Source: Pecten maximus (taxonomy: Eukaryota). From it: a stretch of DNA of 64,000 bases. The stretch covers positions 11,284,001 to 11,348,000 of the forward strand of contig NC_047028.1 of assembly GCF_902652985.1 (NCBI RefSeq), given 5' to 3'. The notes beneath the pieces are model-generated. The model was given only the letters and a program-made list of their open reading frames with translations. It searched no databases and was not told where the DNA came from. This document shows positions 11,699 through 23,871 of the stretch, one piece after another; position 1 is the first letter of the stretch; each line of letters starts with the position of its first letter. A program made the position numbers and the translations under genes.

Positions 11699-13324
11699 TT
11701 ATTCAGATAAACAACATGTCAACAGTACAATGGTACTTATTGCTAGCCCGAAGAATATAACAAAGATCACTGCGTTGACCGGTCTATGTTTGGCTCGTTT
11801 GACCACCCGAACCGTTTTCTTTTTGGCCATGCGCAGTGGACATACTCCGTGGAGTAGTTCGGTAGCGTTGTGGGAACACTCCTTTGCGATAGTGATTTTA
11901 CTATGGCTATCGAGATATGGGTCATTCTTTGGGTTTATATCCAATTTTCGAGCCACAATACCCAAAAATACGTCGTCAATACCCATATATTGCACATATG
12001 GAAAAGCAAATTTAAACCGTTTGGCTACATCAAACGACACAACATAAGCACCACCGCCCACATAGGGCGGGAATTCGTCATACGGGTACTGTTTGTAGGT
12101 TAGGAACCATCGTTCATTCTTGTCCCGGTATGGCGGGGCATGTTTTGCTAGCGTTCCAGCGTAAAGTCCAGAACTCTGATTCCTGTACGTGGCCCTGACG
12201 TGGGTCGCCATGACAGTCATGTTTACGAGGTAGTCGTCGTCTAGGAAGAGAATGACATGCGCGCGGCGACAGTACCTTGTCGCCCAATTATACGCCATGA
12301 TGGTTTTAAATGTATTGTTCATATAATTATCGACAAAGTTTTCCTGTATGATGTCATGATATTTTCTGCTTTCGTTGTCCACGGCAAGCTGGTGTGTTCG
12401 GCTGTATCCGAGCATGAATGCCCGTCTCATATTGGAATCGTTGGTGGCCTGCCATAACTTCCGCAGCGCTACCCTTTGCGCCACGTTACCAGCAAACGAC
12501 TTCACCAACACAAGCACGTTCTTGCTTGCATTCTTTTTCAATTTGAAATTACAATTATACGGTTTATGGAGATACCAAAAATTGTGCGGGTTGATTGGTT
12601 TGTGTTGTGTGAACTTTAGTCCATTTAGAGAATCATTCACCAAAGCCACTAGATTGATATCAAGAGGGTAGGAGAAATTGTCTTTATACGACAAATATTT
12701 AGATTTTGGTTTGGAATTAATACTTGGTTTAGGAGCGTTTTCTTTAGACACTGTTGATGTGTTACGTGGACGACTATCCAGTGATGTGATGTTCACGTGA
12801 TGTACTTCTCCCTGAACTACGTGTGATATATTCGGCCATAATTTCAGCTGCTGGGTTGAATTTGGCGACAAGGGTTTGCCGTATCCGATAAGAGGTTGAA
12901 TGCTTCCAGTATGATTATACTGATTTGGTTTGACGGTGATGTGTTGATGAGCATGTTTCGGAACTCCTTTTGGGGCTGCTATTACTAGCGACTGTTGTCT
13001 CAGTTTGCCGTGTCCAAGAAGAGTTTGAATTTTAGTATGACTATACTGCTTTGATTGGACGATGATGTGTTGATGGGCATGTTTCGGAACTCCTTTTGGG
13101 ACTCCTATTACTAATGATTGTCGCCTCAGTTCACTTAAGTTACCGCTGTATGGTACCATAGAAAACGTCCGATACCTATCGGATGTGTTGAATATGTCCG
13201 ATAACAATGTGAATAATCCGAATAACAACACTGTACATAACACGAGACAGAACGTCCGTCTAGTTCTCCGTAACGGACGAAACACGCGGATTTGAACATA
13301 CTTGTATCTTGTTAAAACCCTCAT
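11699..13324 (-). CDS. brn-like: GT31 (Galactosyl_T) beta-1,3-glycosyltransferase, brainiac-like; 541 aa, single coding exon
   Basis: N-terminal basic tail plus TM (FCLVLCTVLLFGLFTLL); motifs VLVKSFAGNVAQRVALRKLW, DIIQENFVDNYMNNTFKT, FLDDDY, PPYVGGGAY, IDDVFLG; ATG at 13324 (13327 is TTG); acceptor ttttcag before 13574. Confidence 0.93.
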   Translation of the reverse strand: MRVLTRYKYVQIRVFRPLRRTRRTFCLVLCTVLLFGLFTLLSDIFNTSDRYRTFSMVPYSGNLSELRRQSLVIGVPKGVPKHAHQHIIVQSKQYSHTKIQTLLGHGKLRQQSLVIAAPKGVPKHAHQHITVKPNQYNHTGSIQPLIGYGKPLSPNSTQQLKLWPNISHVVQGEVHHVNITSLDSRPRNTSTVSKENAPKPSINSKPKSKYLSYKDNFSYPLDINLVALVNDSLNGLKFTQHKPINPHNFWYLHKPYNCNFKLKKNASKNVLVLVKSFAGNVAQRVALRKLWQATNDSNMRRAFMLGYSRTHQLAVDNESRKYHDIIQENFVDNYMNNTFKTIMAYNWATRYCRRAHVILFLDDDYLVNMTVMATHVRATYRNQSSGLYAGTLAKHAPPYRDKNERWFLTYKQYPYDEFPPYVGGGAYVVSFDVAKRFKFAFPYVQYMGIDDVFLGIVARKLDINPKNDPYLDSHSKITIAKECSHNATELLHGVCPLRMAKKKTVRVVKRAKHRPVNAVIFVIFFGLAISTIVLLTCCLSE

Positions 13325-14616
13325 CAAAAGTTACCTCCCTTCTCGTCGCTACTATTGGCTTTATGTAGAAGGAACTTGGATTCGACCGCGATACCGTTAT
13401 CATTGCTCTCTGCTATATATCATAATGTCTGCTGACCCGGTCTTCCATCACATCACACATCGATTGCCTAGATATGCTACAACAAACTCGCATCCAAACA
13501 CACACTTCCTGTTGGGATTATTCTTCCGGTTCGACGCTTCCGGTTAAATCCAATTACGTTCCAGTCCATGAGTCCTGAAAACACAAATTAAAATGTACAT
13601 TAATAAAAATACTACTGGTCGGTATAGTCGAAAACGAAATACATGGCATTTATATGGCCAACACAGAGTAATCAATGGCTAATCGAGCAAGTACGGAACA
13701 GAGAGAGAGAGAGAGATCGCACGATTTCGTCAATATGTCAACTGACTTATTATCACACACTGAATAGAGGTAACAGTATAAAATATGTATGAACAATCCC
13801 CATGAAGTACTGTGCGCGTGAAAAAAAACATCTGAAATTCTGTAGACTACTCTATAATGAGGCAAGCTTTATTGTTTCCATAAAAATGATATGTTCATGA
13901 CACCGTAGTACCATCAGAAAAAACGGCCTTAAAATACCACGAACGGTTTTTAACAATTTAAGACAATTAAATATTCTTTAAAGACTCTGTCATCTTATAG
14001 CACATGCCTTTTGTGCAGTTAAACACATACAGTCGAGATACAGGATACCAGCGACTTAACAAGACGTTAGTTAGGACCTGTCTGTACTATCTGTAGAGAG
14101 ATTGTCGTCCGTAAGTATCTATAGTACACCTAGACTCGTCCAGACGGTCGGCCATTGTACCATATGTCGAAACAACATTGCCGTACCAGTTCTAGTGATA
14201 TACCTTTGTTCAGTTCTTTAAACGACCTTTGAGTAAATCTAACTGAGAATTCTTAACGTACTTGTGGAAATCCTTATGATAATGGCTATCATTTATCTTT
14301 CATATGCCCTCGTTATAATATGTAAAGACATACTCTAATCTGAAATATTAATTATCTAAATCTGGATGTTGCTGTTGATATATTGAAATGAAAATCAGTC
14401 AGTAGAAACAATCACTACACACCAGAAATGTCCAGAAGTACATTGAATCCAGTGAAAGTTTAGTTGATCGTGATATAAAAATGTACCCTCTAGTATCTGT
14501 TCTACTGTTACACTTCATGAAATAACAATTGATGCCAAATTATGGTGACGAAATAACTCGTATCCAGCCCATTTGTTACAGTAACGCAATGTTTGAATCA
14601 AACGATACAAGTAATG

Positions 14617-15461
14617 GGATTTACACTTGTTTATGTGTCAACAGTAGATTTACACGTGTGTATGTTTCAACTGCAGATTTACACGCGTGTATGTGTCAAC
14701 TGTAGATTTACACGTGTGTATGTGTCAACTGTAGATTTACATGTGTTTATGTGTCAACTGTAGATTTACACGTTTTTATGTGTCAACTGTAGATTTACAC
14801 GTGTTTATGTGTCAACAGTAGATTTACACGTGTGTATGTGTCAATAGTAGATTTACACGTGTTTATGTGTCAATAGTAGATTTACACGTGTGTATGTGTC
14901 AATAGTAGATTTACACGTGTGTATGTGTCAACTGCAGATTTACATGTGTTTATGTGTCAACAGTAGATTTACACGTGTGTATGTGTCAACTGTAGATTTA
15001 CACGTGTGTATGTGTCAACTGTAGATTTACACGTGTGTATGTGTCAACTGCAGATTTACACGTGTGTATGTGTCAACTGTAAATTTACACGTGTGTATGT
15101 GTCAACAGTAGATTTACACGTGTGTATGTGTCAACTGTAGATTTACACGTGTGTATGTGTCAACAGTAGATTTACACGTGTGTATGTGTCAACAGTAGAT
15201 TTACACGTGTGTATGTGTCAGCTGTAAATTTACACGTGTGTATGTGTCAACAGTAGATTTACACGTGTGTATGTGTCAACTGTAGATTTACACGTGTGTA
15301 TGTGTCAACTGTAGATTTACACGTGTTTATGTATCAACAGTAAATTTACACGTGTTTATGTGTCAACTGTAGATTTACACGTGTGTATGTGTCAACTGTA
15401 GATTTACACGTGTTTATGTGTCAACTGTAGATTTACACGTGTTTATGTTTCAACTGTAGAT
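14617..15461. repeat. 29-bp minisatellite containing CACGTG, ~29 copies
   Basis: Unit gtagatttacacgtgtgtatgtgtcaact. Confidence 0.95.
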
Positions 15462-16860
15462 ATTAAAACACAAGATTGTACAAACTACATTACCCATGGA
15501 TCAAATATGACGTCAACATTTACATTATTGCGATATATGCAATTTAAGCGTAAAACAAACAATTTTACCTATATGCACAATAAGGAATTAGAACATCCAT
15601 AACATTTACACAGAAATCAATATACTGCTAATATGAGCGCTGTGGGTTCCTGTCGAGAAAAAACGGGCAACTGTTGTCATTACCAAAAGACTGGTAAATT
15701 GGAAAATAATGAAAGTGTAGCAGCTAACAATTGCATAAGTTACGCAAATAAGGCCTAATCAATGTTCAGAGTGTCTAATAAGAGTATTTTTGATGTTTGA
15801 AATACCTCTGTCTATATCATATTTGTATAATATTATCACATCCGCCATTTTCATTTCAATATTATCACATCCGCCATTTTCATTTCAAGATCAAAATAGG
15901 TTTAGATGTTTATTCATATATAAGTCAAATCTCGTCAGACAATTTCTGCTATTGTATGTAATAGCTACTTGTGAGTATAACGGCATGGTTATTTCGTGAA
16001 ATATTTATGGTACAAATGAGCTGATTGTGTCCCCTTGAATGATGCATTTTCGAAAGTGTTGTTGAAACTTACAAAAAGCTCAACAAATAACATGTCAACA
16101 GCAAGGCCTATATGGTCAGCCATGATGCATACTGATCAAGTTACTTATGTTAAATTAAGCTAGGAGATAATTAAGTTCTGGGTTTATCATACCACAGGAC
16201 CTTGACAGGAGCTCTTTATATATTTATTATATGGATCAATAGTACTTCACATCAAACCAAACACATGCTTTTATGATTAAATTTTCATCGTGTTACGGTT
16301 TATATTTCAGAAAACAGGTAAAGTATGACCCAAATTACCCTCCATCAAATTGTACCATAGTAGTGATTGATAGGCTTGTAAAAGATCACCGATATCACTA
16401 GATTTCCTATTTAGATTACTATTAAATATTGTAGATATTTTCGTGTAATTTTCCGGGTTCCCGTAATACGCTGTATAGTTCATCTATTGTACATACGGAT
16501 GTACATGGTTATTACGAGGTACTTCCTCAATTCCAGTACCTTAATCTAAACATATTTTATTGCCAAAAATCGATATGAACAAGGGTTGGGCACAAGCTAT
16601 TACAACCTGTTGGAGACTTATCCCGTCATACATTTACAATTACATGATAACGATGATATACCAGGTACAAGTTCACAACAACAACAACAAAACTCAAAAT
16701 ATATTGCTGGATTTGATGAAACTGTACACACATTTAAACACATTGTACTACAACAGGAAGGTCTGCATTACCAAACCAAAGTCGTTATAAGTTTCTAAGT
16801 TTAAAATCAAGCAGAATCTTTAACAAGATTCACACGATAAAGACGACAGATGAGTGAACT

Positions 16861-17128
16861 TTGGTTTGGTTTATTTGTGTTTAACGTCCGATCAACATAT
16901 AAGGACATGTAATGGTGAGTGCGCATGTGTGTTTTGGGATACTGCGGTATGTTTGTGTTAAGTCTCTTGGTGATAGCCCAGAACTTTTGACTTATAGTGC
17001 TATCTTACTGAAACATACTGCCGAAGACACCCAGCAGGACATCCCACCCGGTTACATTATACTGGCAACGGACGAACCAGTCGTCCCACTCCCAAAATGC
17101 TGAGCGTTAAGCAGGAGTAGCAACCAAC
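16861..17128 (-). mobile_element. Meta-domain SINE (5'-truncated)
   Basis: Minus strand gggagtgggacgactggttcgtccgttgccagtataatgtaaccgggtggg...agcactataag, tail ggacgttaaac...aaaccaaaccaaa. Confidence 0.7.
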
Positions 17129-19414
17129 TGCATTTATTCAACTTTCGTTCCCCAATACTGGCACAGTATACTTCCATTTTCAATGTAGATCGGGCCTGTG
17201 TGGCTGTATTAAATTGTTTTTATTTTCCTTTGTAATGATATAGAGTATAATTATCTGTAACCGATGCCGCATGCGATACAAGGAACAATGAATGGGTATT
17301 TTGAAGTTTTTTTGTTTTTTTTTTCAACAAGAAAAAGTTCATACGATAAAATGCTACCGACAATTTTCTCCAAACGCTCTGCAGTGTTGAATTTCATCAT
17401 GGCGTTCGCTGGTTGACTAACAAGCATTTAACATTGAATAGATTGGAGAGTCACGGCAATGAATTTGAAAAGACCGGCGCTACAGGGATGTAACGTGATA
17501 GTGAGAAGAAAAACATTAAATCAGCTGAACGCCATATAGTATACCTTACTTCTGGTCCTATAGGCTCGGCAATATAGTATTACTTATGAATAAAGCGAGG
17601 TGGGCATGGCTGTTTTATATTTAGAAACAGCTACACGTGTATTAGAGTTCAATCTAGTAAACACAGTCTGAATGCTGATCCCTATTAGCTCAGGGGTGGT
17701 TTGTAATTGACTTTAGGATTCAATATTAAGAAATCATCCTGATTCTCCTTTTATCGGCCTACATACCTGTGGTTTACTAGATCGTGACGGTAGTATGACT
17801 GTCAGGGTCAGTCACATGAGGACGTGTGTAAATTTATATACTGAATAGGATACTGGAGATCAGTAACCAAATAGCAGATCGATAGCTATGTGTAAATCAA
17901 TATATAGTTACATTGTACCAGGGATCGTAGATATCCGTCGGTAGATTCTGAAATTAGATTGAAACTGTTCAGATGTTCCAAATTACAGGTACAGTTCACT
18001 CCGAACTCATCAGGTACCTGGGCGTGGAGTTTGGGCATAACTTGTAAAGACAAATATTTCCCCAGGTGTACCAATAAAATGAACAGGTACTGATGGTAAA
18101 TGACATATGTAACTAGGTATGATGTGTGTGTCACCAGTAATGTATAGACCACTGCCCAATTTTACGTCAAGGGTACATGTCCTATATAAATCAACATATC
18201 GGATGAATACGTGTTTTATCTATCAAAATAATTGATTTAATTTTTCATTACCGTTCCTGTATTCGGGTGGAAGAAGACATACACTACTGTAGATAAATAT
18301 ATAATATGTACTTACAGTGTCTGACGATGTAAACATCCACAGCAATACACACACAACCAGAATGTACGAGTGTATATATATACAATGAGTATTCATGTGA
18401 CTGTCCTCGGCTATACGTGTGTCCTATACCCTACAGCTGCCACATCCGTCAACTCTTCATCTACGTCAATAAATCTGATTGTCTGACTAATACATCACAG
18501 AGTCGGAGGACGCTGCAGAGTTGTGGGTCAATAATATATATACAGTACCACACCTGGACAGAGCAACCCGTATTCTCACAAGTTGTGACATTGTCTTATT
18601 AACTATTCATGCTATTACTAATATCATCGTGCCAGTTACGTCAATTTTATTCCAATATTTACCTGTTCGTGGATCAATAAATCTGTCAGGTTCAGTTCCA
18701 GATATCTTCATCTTAGATTCACGCCTTTGACATCTGATATTGCAAGTAAGCTGTGACGTGAAAATAAGTTAAAGATTGCGACTGACTTTAGGAGTTCAAT
18801 TAGGTTGCTGCTACCAATATTATTCCAAGCGGCCATGTCAAGACAGGGTAGATTTTCTTTCAATATCACAGTTTCGGTATACGTGTATATATGTACTTGT
18901 GTATTGTGGGGATGTACACAGGTGCAGTTTACAAATCCGACGTGGAATACAAAGAAGGCGAAGAAGAGTTTCGGTCCAAGTTTTTGTTCTCTCTGAACAA
19001 TACGACTGTTGACACCAGTTCGATCCATATATCTAATTATAGGAGTAAGGCAAAGATATGCTCCGACGATAAACATGACGGTTTAGGTGACAAAGCGTCC
19101 TAGTGTACTAGATGTGTTTCAGTATGTACAGCCTTTGAACGTTTGCAGTTAATAGCCAATAGTTAAATATGCACAAAAGAACGTAGATTTCTAGTGCAAC
19201 TGAGGTGTATCAACAGTCTGGGCTACACACTCAATACAGCTATATGGGACTCCTCCTGTCAGCTTATTGATTATCGAATAGAATATGTTAATTATCAGTC
19301 GTTTCCCGTTTAATTTACAAATCAAGATGCATCAACAAAAACTCGCCATTTTCAATCCGTTATTTTTATTGATGCAGAACCCGACGGACATATTTTTTAT
19401 TTGAAAATATTTAT

Positions 19415-19662
19415 CGGGGCCCAGTTGTTTAAATAGGTGTGTAGACTATACTCACAGTTTTTTTAAAACAACAATTTTAAAATCTTGATAAGATCATTTT
19501 CTAACAAAGCTAACATGATGAAATCGAAACTAAAACACTCCTCAGTCTCTTCCTGTTCGTCTATTTTAGGAATACACACAAATAGTTTTTAAAGTAACGG
19601 GGAAAATGAGATTTTCACTAATCAAGTGATTGATCTAATCAGTCTTTAACAACCGTGCACTG
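19415..19662. mobile_element. Degraded MITE, possibly PIF/Harbinger-type
   Basis: Imperfect TIRs ggggcccagttgtttaaa / ttaacaaccgtgcactg. Confidence 0.4.
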
Positions 19663-21766
19663 ATCAGCTTTAAGATATCTTTAAAGATTTTACCCCGGTA
19701 CATACAGTAAAGGGGAAATTTTTCACGTGTTAGCCTACCGGACGGCGATATAATTCCGGACTTTCTCCAAAAAAAGCTGACATGTTGTATTGTTTTTTCA
19801 GTTGCTGTAAGTGAAATCGTTTTTTAAACTAAGACTAGTTTTGGGAAACAATTAGTATTTTTTTGTTTCATTTTAAAGCTGTCCGTAGCGGCACAATTCA
19901 AGTTGACCGGAAGTTTAGGGATTGTATAGATCTACGGTAAGTTAGATATATACTGCTAAAAGTATTATCGAGTTACGAAAAACTTTCGTTCTTCATTAAA
20001 AAAAATTTTAAAAAAGTATGAAGAAATGCTAACTAGATATAATTTCACTGTTCGGTAGGCCGAATACTTTTTTTAAGACAGCGATATGATGCCGGACAGT
20101 AGATCTAGATATTTGCATTTTGCAGTTTTATTCATCGTTTTTCTGTATTTGTAAAACAATGTCGGTAAAAGTGTTAGTTCAATTTTCGACTACAGTAGTG
20201 TTAGTGTATGGAATAAATAAATAAATTGAAAATAAAGGCGTAAAAATAATTGAAAATTTGTAAAAATGAATGAAATAAGTCTGTCCTGGTTCCGTAGGGG
20301 TTCTCGACACTACTGTGGTTCGATCCCCCTACCGGATGTGTGGGTATTATATAAATGAAGGTCATGTCTTTCTGTAAGAACTCTGGTTTCCGATTTAACA
20401 ATAAGACTGTTATTTGTAAATTGTAATAAACTGTAAGGCTGTAAACAGATCTCGTGTATAGTTATGACTAGCCATAGGCCTAGCCCATAGACGCTAATCG
20501 TTATTAATTTCCCTGTACACTTTTATGCATGGAAATATGACATGTGACTTAGGTCTACATGTGGGTGATCGATCTGCCTCCTGTACTTACCTTCGGTGCC
20601 ATTGAGTATAATTCCTTTGTTCTCTTTGAAGTTAGTCAAAGTATCGAAGGTACCGTTTCTTTCAGGAAAGTAGAGCCTAAAATTTGCGAAAGTTTTGTAA
20701 TTTTCGCTTGACAGTGTTCTTAAAATGAGCTCGAAAAATACAACAAAAATAACTAAAATCCGGGTTACGAAGACGCTTTAAATTTGAAAGAAATCTACGT
20801 CATAAATAGGCCTACAGACTTATTACAGTGCAGAGGTAACGTTAAATTGGTCAAATCTAGTTATTTTTTTTATTGTTCAATTATGTTCATAATAAAATCT
20901 GACCAAGTAGCTTTAGAATAAAAATATATATATGAAAAGGAATGCCTACAATATGGCGATGTTTGTGAAAAAATATACTTGGCTAATTTACAATTTTTAT
21001 TACAGCACGATTTCCGTACCACACTGGTGAAGTTATAATGCAACGACCCGTCTTTGGTACGGGAATCGTACTGTCACAGTAAGCCATATGAATTTAGTTT
21101 TTAATTTATTTAACAGCGCCAAAAGTGTCAAATATTTGTGTTTGCTTTGAATAATTAGCCACCCATTAGTGGCCGGGCTCACAGTGTCTGATCTAATACA
21201 TGTATACATATTTTCGAATTCGTTATGTCATAACTGGTTCAATACTTGACCTTCTTTTAATTTTTTTTAACACTCCCTTGGATAATTAAACAGTCTTTTA
21301 CGTAACGTAGTCTAGTTGGATTGATGATCATCAACAATTTTTTTTGAATCAACACACAAAACAAAAACAAAACAAAAGAAAAACACTTGTTCGGTTTTCC
21401 TTTTTCGAGTTACTACTACTCTCCATACATTGATTACATATATGTATATAGATGCAGTGTATATGCACCTTGGATTGGGAATCTGCTATAAGTCGCTGTG
21501 GTTTGAAACGACGATTTGGATGGTTTTTGAATTAACCCTTATCCTATTGATTGAACTGTCGAAAATAATAATGCAAACTGTGTCGGTTATCTTTTTGAAT
21601 TAAGGATACTTCTACATGTATTGTATTATAATCTTACCAGGTGAGTAGAGCAGTATCTTATGATACCGTGTATTTTAACGGTTAATTGAATCACAATAAT
21701 TGAACTCATAAAACTGTTTCATATGAACATATTTTTTCCCCGGGCTCTCTCTCTCTCTCTCTTGAT

Positions 21767-23176
21767 GATCAGCTATATCACATGATCAGCTATATACCAT
21801 GATCAGCTATATCGCATGATCAGCTATATCACATGATCAGCTATATCGCACGATCAGCTATATCACACGATCAGCTATATCACATGATCAGCTATATCAC
21901 ATGATCAGCTATATCACATGATCAGCTATATCGCACGATCAGCTATATCACATGATCAGCTATATCGCACGATCAGCTATATCACATGATCAGCTATATC
22001 GCACGATCAGCTATATCACATGATCAGCTATATCGCACGATCAGATATATCACATGATCAGCTATATCGCACGATCAGCTATATCGCATGCTCAGCTATA
22101 TCACATGCTCAGCTATATCACATGATCAGCTATATCACATGATCAGCTATACCACACGATCAGCTATATCACATGATCAGCTATATCACATGATCAGCTA
22201 TATCACATGATCAGCTATACCACACGATCAGCTATATCACATGATCAGCTATATCACATGATCAGCTATATCACATGATCAGCTTTATCACACGGTCAGC
22301 TATATCACATGATCAGCTTTATCACATGATCAGCTATACCACACGATCAGCTATATCACATGATCAGCTATATCACATGATCAGCTATATCACATGATCA
22401 GCTATACCGCACGATCAGCTATATCATATGATCAGCTATATCACATGATCAGCTATATCACATGATCAGCTATATCACATGATCAGCTTTATCACACGGT
22501 CAGCTATATCACATGATCAGTTTATCACATGATCAGCTATATCACACGATCAGCTTTATCACATGATCAGCTATATCACATGATCAGCTATATCACATGA
22601 TCAGCTTTATCACATGGTCAGCTATATCACAAGATCAGCTTTATCACATGATCAACTTTATCACATTGATCAGCTATATCACATGATCAGGTATATCTCA
22701 TGGTCAGCTATATCACATGATCAGCTATATCATATTGTCAGCTATGTAACATGGTCAGCTATATCATATGATCAGCTTTATCACATGATCAGCTATATCA
22801 TATTGTCAGCTATGTAACATGATCAGCTATATCACATGGTCAGCTATATCACATGATCAGCTTTATCACATGATCAGCTATATCACACGATCAGCTTTAT
22901 CACATGATCAGCTATATCACATGATCAGCTATATCACATGATCAGGTATATCTCATGGTCAGCTATATCACATGATCAGCTATATCATATTGTCAGCTAT
23001 GTAACATGGTCAGCTATATCATATGATCAGCTATATCACATTGTAAGCTATATCATATTGTCAGCTATATCACATGGTCAGGTATATCACATGATCAGCT
23101 ATACCGCATTGTCAGCTATATCACATGACCAGGTATATCACATGATCAGCTATATCACATGACCAGGTATATCACA
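21767..23176. repeat. 17-bp minisatellite (~80 copies) preceded by (CT)n
   Basis: Unit gatcagctatatcacat. Confidence 0.95.
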
Positions 23177-23597
23177 CGCTTTCCAGTATCTCATGAAGCA
23201 CTTAATTGTTTCTTGTTTTCAATCCTCTAATTAGTGTTACAGTTTATAACCTCTTTCTCCTACCCTTAACAGATCTATATACGTATTCATTAATCTTTGA
23301 GGAAAGGGAGATATTCCCCTTTTACAATAATATGCAACAAATTTATTATGACACGCCAACAATATATTGGCAACAAAAACAAATCAAAAAAAACGGCACC
23401 ATGTCGACATTTACGCCATGTCAGTAATAAAAGGACAGACACGATTAGAGAATCATTTCCTCCCATTGGAGTGAGACAAGGAAACTCAACCCTGGAGGTT
23501 AGATACCGAACATTTATTGTAAATTTTAGATCCACCTCTCTCCAAACTTTTACGCTCGGGTTGAGATTAATAGAACCTTCCCCTACATTGGGGAAGT

Positions 23598-23871
23598 GAT
23601 AGAGAAATCTACGAGTCGAGGGGTGATCTATTCTTGGTTGTCAAACACGAGGCTCTGCCGAGGGGTGAACAATCAAAAATCTGTTATCTGTCACGTCCTC
23701 AGATAGTAGGGGGTCATCATATATGTTTTACGCAGGATCCAATTGTTCACATATACAATGCAATACGTAGCAATGTTGACGTGACGTCATTATATTTTTG
23801 CCAGCACGTGCCATTTGTCATACCCGATTAAAGATTACATTGTCACACTCACAAGCGTGGTGTGAAATAAT
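23598..23871 (+). mobile_element. Palindrome-headed non-autonomous element (degraded)
   Basis: Starts gatagagaaatctac; imperfect hairpin centred on gaggctctgccgag; ends ggtgtgaaataat; same layout as the 45198-46071 elements. Confidence 0.4.

Noticed and set aside
11730-12671. Plus-strand ORFs antisense to the GT31 gene
   Set aside because: Shadow ORFs of the real CDS.
16311-16317. 7-nt micro-exon-like ttcag|AAAACAG|gtaaag
   Set aside because: Isolated, with no host gene on that strand; plausible by chance.
18708-19103. Cluster of overlapping short ORFs
   Set aside because: No homology or convincing splice boundaries.
19680-20781. Possible Kolobok element (ttaaag...ctttaa)
   Set aside because: The termini match only over a few bases; no convincing TIR.
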